From an uncultured Planctomycetota bacterium (GTDB taxonomy: Bacteria; Planctomycetota; Planctomycetia; Gemmatales; Gemmataceae): 64,000 nt of DNA. Shown here piece by piece: positions 32,501 to 43,300 of this stretch. Position 1 is the stretch's first letter. The number at the start of each line of letters is the position of its first letter. The notes below the pieces were generated by a model. The model saw only the letters and a program-made list of their open reading frames with translations, did no database searches and was not told the origin of the DNA. The translations under genes were made by a program, and so were the position numbers. The stretch covers positions 416,001 to 480,000 of the forward strand of contig CAWKHF010000004.1 of assembly GCA_963849325.1 (NCBI GenBank), in the 5' to 3' direction.

Positions 32501-35500
32501 GTCGCTCTCCGAGCCGGTGGCCAGGTCGTCGTCATCGTCCTCGCTGCCGCCGCTGTGCAGGTGGCCGCTCTCGGTGATGGTGCCCCCACCATTGACGGCG
32601 CCCGAAGCCGTGAACGTACCGGAGCCGCTGTAGGAGGCGTCGTTGGTGGCGGTGGTGGTAGCGGACACGCTGCCCGAGGTGCTGGGACTGGCGCTGCCGC
32701 TGCTGCTGTCCGTATAGCTGCCGCCGATGACGCCGGTGATGCTACCCGAAGCCCAGGCCGTACCCGTCGCCGTACCCGAGATGATCGCCGAGGCCGAGCC
32801 AGGAACGAAGAAAGAGACGCTGCTGGTGCCGTTGGCGTCCGTGTACGTCCCCGAACCGCTGTACGACCACGAGGTTGCGCCACTCTCGGAGCCGCTGCCG
32901 GAGCCACTTTCCGCGTCGCTGCCCGAAGAACCTCCAAGGGTGTCGGTGCCGACTCCACCGCCGCCGGTGTGCAGGTGGCCGCTCTCGGTGATCGTGCCGC
33001 CGCCATTGACGGCGCCGCTGGCGACGAATGTACCGGAGCCGGAGTACGAAGCGTCGTTGGTGGCGGTGGTGGTGGTGGAGACGCTGCCCGACATGCTGGC
33101 GCTGGAGCTGCCGCTCTCGTTGCCGCCGATGACGCCGGTGACGCTGCCCGAAGCCCAGGCCGAACCCGTCACCGTACCCGTTATGGTTGTCGAGGCCGAG
33201 CCGGGTACGAAGAAGGAGACACCACTGGTGCCGTTGGCGTCCGTGTACGTCCCCGAACCGCTATACGACCATGACGTACCGCCGCTTTCGGAGCCGCTGC
33301 CGGAGTCGCTCTCCGAGCCGGTGGCAAGGTCGCCCTCATCATCCTCGCCGCCGCCGGTGTGTAGATGACCGCTCTCCGTGATCGTGCCCCCGCCGTTGAC
33401 GGCGCCGCTGGCCGTGAACGTACCGGAGCCGGAATACGAAGCATCATTGGTGGCGGTGTTGGTGGTGGAGACACTGCCCGACATACTGGCGCTGGAGCTG
33501 CCGCTCTCGTTGCCGCCGATGACGCCGGTGATGCTGCCCGAGGCCCAAGCCGTGCCCGTCACCGTACCCGAGATGGTCGCCGAGGCGGAGCCGGGTACGA
33601 AGAAAGAGACGCCACTGGTGCCGTTGGCGTCGGTGTACGTCCCCGAACCGCTGTAGGACCATGAGGTGGCGCCGCTCTCCGAACCGCTGCCGGAGTCGCT
33701 CTCCGAGCCGGTGGCCAAGTCGTCCTCATCATCCTCGCCGCCGCCGGTGTGTAGATGACCGCTCTCCGTGATCGTGCCACCGCCGTTGACGGCGCCGGTG
33801 GCCGTGAACGTACCGGAGCCGGAATACGAGGCGTCGTTGGTGGCGGTGGTGGTAGCGGACACGCTGCCCGACGTGCTGGGGCTGGCGCTGCCGCTGCTGC
33901 TGTCCGTATAGCTGCCGCCGATGACGCCCGTGATACTGCCCGAAGCCCAGGCTGTACCCGTCACCGTACCCGAGATGATCGCCGAGGCCGAGCCAGGAAC
34001 AAAGAAAGAGACACCGCTGGTGCCGTTGGCGTCCGTGTATGTCCCTGAGCCGCTGTAAGACCACGACGTACCGCCGCTCTCCGAACCGCTACCCGAGTCA
34101 CTCTCCGCGCCGCTACCCGAGCCACTCGCCGAACCGCTGCCCGAACCGCCGATGGCGGCCGTGCCAACATCGCCGCCGCCGCTGTCCAGGTAGCCGCTCT
34201 CCGTGATCGTACCCCCGCCATTGACGGCGCCACTAGCGACGAACGTACCGGAGCCGCTGTAGGAGGCATCGTTGGTCGCCGTGGTGGTGATGGAGCCGCT
34301 GCCCGAATCGCTCCAACTGGCGCTGCTGTTCTCGCTGTCGCCCCAACTGCCGCCAATGACGCCCGTGACCAGGCCCGAAGCGTAAGCCGTACCCGTCACG
34401 CTCCCCGAAATGATCGTCGAGGCCGAGTCGGGAACGAAGAAAGAGACGCCGCTGGTACCGTTGGCATCCGTGTAGCTGCCGCTGCCCGAGTACGACCACG
34501 ACGTCGAGCCGCTCTCCGCACCGCTGCCCGAGCCGCCCTGCAGGACCCAATCACCCGAATTGGCGTCTATGCCACTGGTGTTGCCGGCGCTGTCGCTGCT
34601 GTGCAGCTGGCCACTCTCGGTGATCGTGCCCCCGCCCGTCACCGCCCCACTGGCCGAGAAGTTGCCACCGCCGCTGTAGGAAGCATCATTGGTCGCGCTG
34701 CCGCTGGCCGAAGCGCCGCCCGCATAGGTCCAGGCCGCGTTGGCGGCCTCCGTCGCCGTCCAGCTGCCCTGGTTGACGCCCGTCGCCTGACCCGAGGCGT
34801 AGGCCGTACCCGTCACGCTACCCGTTATGCCGGCTGAGTTGGAACCCGGCACGAAGAAGGCAACGCCGCTGGTCCCATTGGCATCCGTGTAGCTGCCGCG
34901 GCCACTGTACGACCACAACGACGAGCCGCTCTCCGAGCCGCTGGCCGAGCCGCCCTGCAGGAGCCAATTGCCCCCACCGGCGTCCGCCTCATAGGTGCCG
35001 ACATCGCTCCCGTCGGCATGCTCCGCGCCGCTCTCCGTGATCGTGCCGCCACCCGTCACCGCCCCCGCCGCCGTGAAGCTACCCCCGCCGCTGTAGGAAG
35101 CGTTGTCCGTCCCACTGCCACTGGTGGAAGCACTGCCCGCATAGCTCCAGCTCGCGCTGCCACTGCCGTTGCCGACCTCCGTCGCCACCCAACTGCCCTG
35201 ACCCTCGCTGCTCTCCTGACCCGAAGCGTAAGCCGTACCCGTCACGCTCCCCGTTATCGCCGCCGAGCCGGAGCCAGGAACGAAGAAGGAGACGCCACTG
35301 GTCCCATTGGCGTCCGTGTAGCTGCCATTGCCTGCGTATGACCACGACGTCGAACCGCTCCCGGCGCCCGTCGCCGTGCCGCTCTGGAGCACCCAACCGC
35401 CCGAACTGGCACCCACCTCATACGTGCTGACGCCGCTGGCACTGGCCTGCTGCTGGCCGCTCTCGGTGATGGTGCCGCCGCCCGTCACCGCCCCCGTCGC

Positions 35501-36982
35501 CGTGAAGCTGCCCGCGCCCTTATACGACGAACCGGCGCTGGCGCTGGCGCTCGCCGAACCGCTGCCCGAATAGGTCCAACTGCCGCTGCCGACCTCCGTT
35601 GCCGTCCAGTTGCCGTTGGCATTGCCATCGCCCTGGCCCCAGGCCGTGGTCGTCACCATCACGCTGGCATTGATCGTCGTCGAGGCCGAACCCGGCACCA
35701 AGAAAGCAATGCCGCTGCCGGCGCTGCCGTCCATCGAACTGCCGGCCCCCCCATACGACCACAACGACGAGGCGCTTTGCCCGCCGCTGGCCGAGCCGTT
35801 GGCCAGCGTCCAGTTGTCGTTGCCGTCACTGACCTCCTGCGAGATCGCCTGCGCCGAGGAGACGTTGACGCCGTTTTCACTGACGGCACCGCTGGTCGTG
35901 CTGGCATAATAACTGCCGCTGCCGTTGTACGAGATGCCTTGCGATTCCTTGGTCGTCGTGGTCCAGCTGCCGTTTCCCCAGGACGACGGCGCGGCCGAAC
36001 CGCTGCCGACGCTGTTGCTGCTGCCGCCACCGGCCGAGAACGTCGAGGACATCCAGATGTCGTCGTAGCCGGTTTGCGTGCCGCTCATCGACGCGGCCAT
36101 GCCGGACGGAAGATTCGGACCCGAACCCCAATACGTTCCCTTGCCGCTGGCGCTGTACGATCCCGAAGCGTTGCCGGTATCGCTCCACGAGTCGCCGCCG
36201 GCGGCCGAGCCGCTGCCGAACACCGCGGTATTGGACAGCGTGCGATTGTACGAGTCCTGATTGGCCCACACGTCGGTTCGGGAGCCGTAGTCGCCGGGTG
36301 GGGCGATGGAGATGTCCTGCGAGCCGGTGGCCTTATCGCTCTCATTCAGGCTCAGGGTGAAGGCCGTCCCGGTGGGCGTGGTCGTGGCCGCCAACGAGTA
36401 CCCGGCCGCCCCGGAGGCGGCGCCGGTGTTGTAGGTAAAGGTAAAGGTCTCGTCATAATAATAGGAGCCGCTGCTGCTGCCACTGCCGCTGCCCAGCGGT
36501 CCGCCGCTAATGGTCAGCGTACTGGTGGAATCGTCCGTGGTCGTGGTGGTGGTGTCGGAGTAGGCGGAACTGGCGGCGGGTGCGTAGAAGGGGTTGGCGG
36601 CGTTGACGGACAGTCCCGAGCGCAGCGAGACCGTGGTCCCGGGCGTGAACTCCCAGGGACTCAGACCGCCTTCGGGCATGGTGGGGTTATAGACCGGCAC
36701 GGAAGCCGGTGCCAAACTGGGCATGGACGGTGCGAGGAGGTCCGGCAAGCTGCTGGTGCTCAGCAGGAACCGATCTTCGAGGATCTCGAAGGCCGGTTGA
36801 AAGCTGAGCCTTCGTTGGCGTGTCTTGGCCGTGCGTCGGGGAGTTGGAATCTGTCGCAGGGTCTCGCGGAGTGCGTGCCAGCTTTGGTCGCGCCAGGCGA
36901 AGAGGAAGTCGTAGAAGCGGTCCAGGCGTCGATGCAGCCATGCTTTGGCGCGAGCGATCTTTCCCATTGCCACGCTCTCCAC
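26547..36982 (-). CDS. Giant (~3,480 aa) secreted polymorphic toxin: planctomycete signal motif, G/S/T repeat stalk, C-terminal putative nuclease CT1; one frameshift near 27225-27260
   Basis: RRLSFQPAFEILEDRFLLS motif; ~17 repeats; GNLDYAPFGTPFSDAPP junction; ORF 26547-27212 stays open upstream (DSLNNVSKVKD) and overlaps the end of ORF 27200-36982; His-containing QANHLNQNAA...PHYKFH. Confidence 0.85.
28800..35750 (-). repeat. About 17 tandem ~390-430-bp coding repeats
   Basis: GGGTITESG recurs 17 times plus one divergent copy; several blocks are near-identical at DNA level (28951-29194 vs 29731-29974; 30031-30350 vs 30421-30740). Confidence 0.95.
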
Positions 36983-37466
36983 GTCGATGAAGTCATCTCA
37001 GCTGTTCGGAATGAGCAGGAACCGGCCAACACCCTACTGGCGGGAAGACGCCGCCAGCAGTTCGAGTCCTTAGCGATTTAGCGGTTGCCGTAGAGAAGAA
37101 GAGCATCAACTACTTGCGGAAAGAGCTTGGGCTGTATTCGCTCCACGGTCGAGACTCGAAGGGTTTTCGAGTCGCAGATGCGCTCTACTTCTTCAATGAA
37201 TGCCCCTTCCAACTCGAGTTTTTCATAGGTCCGGTTGGCGGGAACAGGAAGGTCTTCTGGAAGGCTCTGCAAATAGGCAAGGACATTTCTGGTATGAATA
37301 GGATGCTACTGACCACCGGACCAAATAGCAACCTATCTTTCCTGTTTTCTCTCGGACGGCAAGCCGAACGGAATCGAGGTCCACGCTCATGTCCCGAACG
37401 GATGACGATAAACCGTCCAGATGCAGCGGGAGACGGCGTTGCTGCGCTCGTCCTCTGCCTCAGCAG

Positions 37467-38315
37467 TCATCCGCCGCTGGCAAACGGGTTGGGGTAGCCA
37501 AGCCGGTCGGCCATCGGCCCCACGACCTGCTGGAGCCGTTCCACTTCTTCGCGGGTGATCCATCCCGGAGGGGAGACTCCGACCCGGATCTCTCGGACGG
37601 CCGGGTTCGGCTCAAAGCCCAGGTAGGCCGCCAAAGGCTTCAGATCGAAATCACTGCGGATGAGGAATTCGTAACGGATCGGAAAGCCGTCCACTTTCTC
37701 GAAGCGATCACAGCAACTCTCGACAATGCTCGACCAGTGGGCACCGAACTGCTCCGGAGTGGTGATCTCCGGCTCGGGATAAAAGCGGACCCATCGTGCC
37801 TGGCTCCGCCGGTAGGAAGCCCAGCATTCATAGGGGTTGCGGACCAGGAACAGGAACTTGGCCCTGGGAAACAGCCAGCGCAAGTAAATCGCATGTTCCA
37901 TGCCGTAGCGCACTTCCTTCAGACCCCAGCGGACATAGCCGCGTGCCTGGCTGGGCTCGGCAAACAGCTTGCGGAAGAACTCGACCTGCGCATCCAGCAG
38001 CGACTGCACCGGAGGATAGAGATTGGCCGTCCACATCGCGCCCAGCGGCTCCCGCCAGCACGGGGTGCTGATCAGCGCATTCTCTTCCGGCCAACTCTCC
38101 GAGAAAAAGCCGAGCGGCTGGGCCAGATGAGCGATGAGCCCGCCCGAGCCATACGGCTCCCCCCACACGAGGCATTGGCCCATCAGCATCCGTTGCAACA
38201 GCGTCGAACCGCTGCGCCACCCGGCCGCCAACACAAATACCGGTTCCTCCTGGGCCGAGGAGGCGACTGCCGGCCAGCGCCGTTTAATGAAGTCAATGGT
38301 TTCGTCCAGCTTCAT
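37467..38315 (-). CDS. Sulfotransferase family protein
   Basis: VFVLAAGWRSGSTLLQRML 5'-PSB loop; WGLKE; FPRAKFLFLVRNP; IRYE. Confidence 0.85.
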   Translation of the reverse strand: MKLDETIDFIKRRWPAVASSAQEEPVFVLAAGWRSGSTLLQRMLMGQCLVWGEPYGSGGLIAHLAQPLGFFSESWPEENALISTPCWREPLGAMWTANLYPPVQSLLDAQVEFFRKLFAEPSQARGYVRWGLKEVRYGMEHAIYLRWLFPRAKFLFLVRNPYECWASYRRSQARWVRFYPEPEITTPEQFGAHWSSIVESCCDRFEKVDGFPIRYEFLIRSDFDLKPLAAYLGFEPNPAVREIRVGVSPPGWITREEVERLQQVVGPMADRLGYPNPFASGG

Positions 38316-38571
38316 CCCTTTCTCTCCCCGGCCACCCCTTGGCCAAACGATCTTTCCAAAGTCGCGTTCTCCCTCTTGCCAACCATGCCGACCGCCCTGA
38401 TAATTTACCTAGAATTACGGGCGGTGTCCTTCGCTTTAGCTCCGGTTGTTTCGTTCACTCCCTGGCGCGACTGTTCGCTGCTCGTGGCTGCCCGTCGCCC
38501 GTGCAGCGTGCCGGCTGGCTCGAAGGGAACAGCCCTGTTGTGCCTTGCCGCCCCCGGCTCATTTTACTTCT

Positions 38572-39985
38572 ATGTCACGCATTCTTCTTGTGGTCGGTGC
38601 GGGCCGTTGCGGCCTGATCTCTTTTCTGGGCTTGCTCGCCAAGCAGCCCGGCACCAGCGCAAGCCTCGAAGAGCCGCCGCTGCTCCCCTGGAAGCGCGCT
38701 GCTGGCGACCAGGTGATCCGAGAGCGCTTCGCCCGTTTTCGGCGCAAGCGGCAAGCGAAGGTCCTCGTCGATGCCGCCAGCTTTTACCTGCCGTACCTGG
38801 CGGATGCCATCGCCGTCGAGCCGGACATCCGCATTGTCGGGTTGAAACGGCCTCGCGAGGAGGTCGTGGCCAGTTTCGAGCGTTTCCTGGATGAGTACAA
38901 CACCTTTCCCACCAACCATTGGGCCGAGGAGCCGACCGACGGCTTCACGCACGACTTGATCTGGACGCGGACGTTCCCCCAGTATCCCCTCGCGGACCGC
39001 GTCCAGGGCCTCGGCCGCTATTGGGACGACTATTACCAGGCTCTCGGGGAGTTGGCGGAGCGTTATCCACAAAACGTGCGCATCTTCGAGATGCACGGAA
39101 GTCTTGAATAGCGAGTCGGGCCAGTCGCAGGCGTTAACGTTCGCCGGGTATCCCGCCGAACAGCAGGTCATGCAACGTCGGTGTCCGCGCCCATCGCGTC
39201 AAGCCGCCTCCCCAGCGACCGCAAGCCAAACGTACCTTGTCGCGTGGCAAGCCGACCTGGGGGCTGAGCCACCCGCTCGACCCGGCCCGTTGCGTCGTGC
39301 TGGTCCCCTTCCTGGGTTCGATTCTGCCGCAATGCGAGGCGGGCCTGCGCGAGCTGGAAAAGCGGGGCTATCAGGTCCGCCGCGTCGGCGGCTTCTCGGC
39401 CATCGACCAGGGCCGCAACCAACTCGCCACCGACGCCCTTCTCGACGGCTTCGAGGAGACCATGTGGATCGACGCCGATATCGAGTTCCATCCCGACAGC
39501 GTGGACCGACTCCGCGGCCACGGCCTGCCCGTCGTCTGCGGCCTGTACCCGCAGAAGAAGTTCCGCGCCCTGACCAGCAAGCCGTTGCCGGGGACCGATT
39601 AGATCACCTTCGGCCAGAAAGGCGGCCTGGTCGAATTCCAGTACGTGGCCGCCGGCTTCCTGCTCGTTCGCCGCGAAGTCTACCTCAAAATCCAGTACCA
39701 GCTGGCCCTGCCGCTGGCCAACGAATGCTTCGGCTCGCCGGCCGTGCCGTTCTTCCAGTCGCTGGTCGCATCCGTTCGAGGACGGCCACTGGTATCTGGC
39801 CGAGGACTACGCCTTCTGCGAACGCGCCCGGCAATGCGGCTTCCGAGATCATCGCGGACACCACCATCCGCTTATGGCACATCGGCACGTATCCATACGG
39901 CTGGGAGGAATCGGGCAACGATCGGCAGCGGAGCGCGTCGTTTACTCTTCACGTTCGTGGAAAGCCCTCGAACCAGAAGCCGTAA
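38572..39985 (+). pseudogene. Sulfotransferase-like plus GT-A glycosyltransferase fusion with several frameshifts and an in-frame TAG (39600-39602); may be intact if these are errors
   Basis: VVGAGRCG P-loop-like start; IDQGRNQLA, WIDADI (DxD), AGFLLVRREVY, AEDYAFCER and RLWHIG motifs. Confidence 0.72.
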
Positions 39986-40349
39986 TTCGGTCGTAATCGA
40001 GACGGGGTTTCTCCCCTCCCTCTGGCACCAGGACGGGCCATTGGAAAGGATGAACTCCGGGCACAGGAGCTTCCTACGGATAACTCTCGTAGCCCGCGAC
40101 CGCAGCAACCCGCTGCAATTCCTTTCGGAAAAGGATGCTAGGGCTGGCCGCCACGAGATAGCGTTACCGTCCAGGCGGGAACTCGATCCACAAATATTCC
40201 CCCTCCACGCTGACAGGATGGGAGCGATGATTCCTTCGGAAAACCGCAACAGACAAAGAAGGAAGAAGGGAATAGGAGTCTCTGGTTCCGCCCCCGGAAG
40301 GCTTCCGAGAGGCAGGTGAAGTTTCACCCGCGAGTTCCGCGTCCAGGAA

Positions 40350-43300
40350 TCATTCCAGGGCGGGGCCTTCGCTCTGTGCTGCCGCTCCCAAGCGAGGCGT
40401 TCCTGGAAGGTCAACGGCGGTTTGCCAGGTGAATTCGGGGCCGATTCCCGCACTACCCCCGCCTCTGTCACCGATGTGACATCGGCTCGCAGCGCTCCAT
40501 CCGATGACGGCGGTGATTCCATCCGGCGGCGAATGCGAGCGGTGATAGGTTCCTCGGCCGCTGCTTGCTTCCGTTGCCCGCGCTGTGGCGTGGCCTCGAT
40601 GGTGTGGGCGGCCTTCAGCGTCTTGATCCTATCGGCCAGCTCGTCAACCCTCGGCCCTTTGCCGTTGCCCTCCTCGTGGGCCGCTGCGGACAGGCCGGCT
40701 TTGAGCTGGTCACGCAGCTCGGTCAATTCCGAGAAATATCTGTCGTGCGGGAAGGACTTGCCCAGCCGTTCTCGATAGTCCCGCAGCTGGCTCTCGGCGA
40801 TGGACAGGTCTTGCCGGACGCGAGCGCATTCGGAACCGTAGCCGCCGGCCAGCCGTTCCAGGGCGTTGAGGACGGCACGCGGCCCTTGGTGGTCGCGCGA
40901 CAGCTCAGACTGACGGGTCATCGTGCCTTCCAGGTATACGTCCGGCGGGAATTGCGGATGTAGGACCAGGCCGAAGCGCAGACCCCGGTAGGTGCCGACG
41001 GGAACGCGGGTGGTGTCGCGGACGTGACGGGGCAAGTGGTCGAGCTGATCCGCCAGGACGGCGGTTACGTCCTCGCGGGACCAGGAACGCTTGCCGAGAG
41101 TGATCGGATCGCCGGCATGGGCCGTGGCGGTCGCCTCGTCGGCGGTGAGCTTCGACAGCCGTTCGGTAAGGTTCTCGATGGTCGAGGGCAAGTCGCGCAC
41201 GCTGCGGCGGGCGACGTATTGCTCGTCCAGGTGGTTCTTCTTCAGGAGGTTGAGCCGTTGCAGTTCGGCGTCGGCCTCGGCCAGTGTCAGCACGGCCGGG
41301 TTGCCCGAGGCAATCGCCTTGACCTCGGCATAGGAGAGTTCCTGACCGCCGATGTCCTCGGCGCGGCGGACGGCGCTCTCGCCGGTGATGACCTGGCCGA
41401 TAAAGCGGGCCTTGGTCTCCAGGGCTTGCCACATATAGGCGTCAAAGGAGCCTTCGGTGACGTAGCGGTAAATGGCCACTTCCTCGTTCTCGTTGCCTTG
41501 ACGCAGGATGCGGCCGTCGCGCTGCTCGACCTCGGCGGGTTTCCAGGGGCGTCCAGGTGATGCAAGGCCACCAGGCGTTTTTGGACGTTGGTGCCGGTGC
41601 CCATCTTCTGCGTACTGCCCAAGAGCACACGCACCGACCCCTGCCGTACTTTCTCGAAGAGGGCCTGCTTCTTGGCGTCGGATTCGGCATCGCCGATGGT
41701 GGCGATCTGCTCGCGGGGGATGCCGTGGGCGACCAGCTTCGCGATGATTTCGTCATAGGGCGAATAGCCCCACGGAGGTCGGGTTCACGCCCATGTCGGC
41801 GAAGATCATCTGCGTGCCGCGGTTGGCGGTAGTCTCCTTCCAGATGGAAAAGACGTTCTCGACCAGACGGTTGACCTTCGATTCCGGGAAATCCGGAGCC
41901 GTGGGCGACAGCATCCGGGCATCGGTGGCCAGCTTGCGGCCGTCGGTGGTAATGGCCAAGGCGTTATCGACGCGCGGGTCCACCTTCTGGGACCGCAGCC
42001 GCTCGTAGCGTTCCACCAGCTCCTGTTGCAGCTGGTGCTGCTCGTCGGACATGGGGCAGGCTACGATGATGGGCTTGCCGCCTTTCAGGCGCGGACGCGG
42101 CAGGTTCAGCATTTCCGCCGTCTGCACGTCGGAGAAGGAGCGGAACATCTGCTGGAGTTCCGGCAGGTTGGTGAAGCGGGCGAACCGGCTGCGCGGCCGC
42201 AGGCCCGCGCCGTCCGGCGAAATCTCCATCGTGTCCACCACCTCGCCGAAGGTGGCCGCCCAGGCGTCGAAGTGGTCGATGCCGCGGCTTTGCAGCCCAT
42301 GCGGATCGAGGAAGCGCTGCATCGTGTACATCTCGACCATCGTGTTGGTGATCGGCGTGCCGGTGGCAAAGGTGACGCCGTGGCCGGGATGCTGTTCGTC
42401 GAGGTAGCGGGCCTTCATGTATACGTCGAAGGCGCGTTCGCTGCCGCCGGTCTGGATGCCGGCGACGCGCTCCATCTTGGTCGGCGTCTCCAGGTTCTTG
42501 AAGTAGTGCGCCTCGTCGATGAAGACATGATCGATGCCCAACTCGTCGAAGACCAGCCCGTCGTCCTTCTTGTCCTCGGCCAGCAGGTCTTTCAGACGCT
42601 CGACGCGGGCCGCCTTCTGCTTCTCGATGGTCTTGATAAGGTTGCGGTTGGCGCCCTTGGTCGGCGGCGTGCTCGCGGAGCAGCTGGTCGTATTCGGCGA
42701 TTTGCTCGGTCAGGAACTTCTCCTGGTAATCCCGCGACATGCCAATGCGCTCGAAGCTGCTATGGGTCACGATGATGCCGTCCCAATCGCCGCTGGCGAT
42801 CTTGGCGGTCAGCATCTTGCGACGGTCACGGGTCAAATCCTCCTTGCTGGCGACCAGCAGCTTGGCATTGGGATAGAGCTGCATGAACTCGCGGGCGAAC
42901 TGCTCCAGCAGGTGGTTGGGCACCACGTACATGGGCTTCTTGATAAGGCCAGCCTGCTTCATCTTCATGCCGGTCGCGGCCATCGTGAAGGTCTTGCCGG
43001 CGCCGACGACGTGGGCGAGCAGCGTGTTGCCGCTGCTCATACCGCGCCAAACGGCATCGTCCTGGTGCGGCCGCAGGTGGATGGTCTGATTCATGCCGGG
43101 GAAGTCGAGATGTGAGCCGTCAAACAGCCGGGGCCGCAAATTGTTGTAGGTGTCGTTGTAGATGCGGACGAAACGCTCGGTGCGTTCGGGGTCGGTGAAC
43201 ACCCAGGAGCGGAAGCGTTCTTTGATGAGCTTTTGTTTCTCGCGGGCGGCCATCGTCGCTTCCTGGTTGACGACGCGCTCCTCGCGGTCGCCGTGGTCGA

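Noticed and set aside
28800-35750. CRISPR array or DGR template/variable repeats
   Set aside because: Units are ~400 bp, in frame and protein-coding. There are no short repeat-spacer units, cas genes or reverse transcriptase, and I saw no adenine-specific pattern in the differences.
21227-37081. Long plus-strand ORFs rich in Leu/Pro/Val or Ala/Arg
   Set aside because: Antisense shadows of the Ser/Gly/Thr repeat gene in high-GC DNA.
37078-37272. Short lower-GC ORF upstream of the giant toxin
   Set aside because: No recognisable motif or clear start; it may be a gene fragment but cannot be supported.
39600-39602. In-frame TAG as pyrrolysine or stop-codon recoding
   Set aside because: Single case in an error-rich or decaying gene; no CTA-anticodon tRNA in the array, and TAG ends other genes normally.
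39872-40349. C-terminal extension of the helicase overlapping the glycosyltransferase
   Set aside because: Probably read-through from a frameshift. An alternate frame ends EGPALE-stop at 40350.
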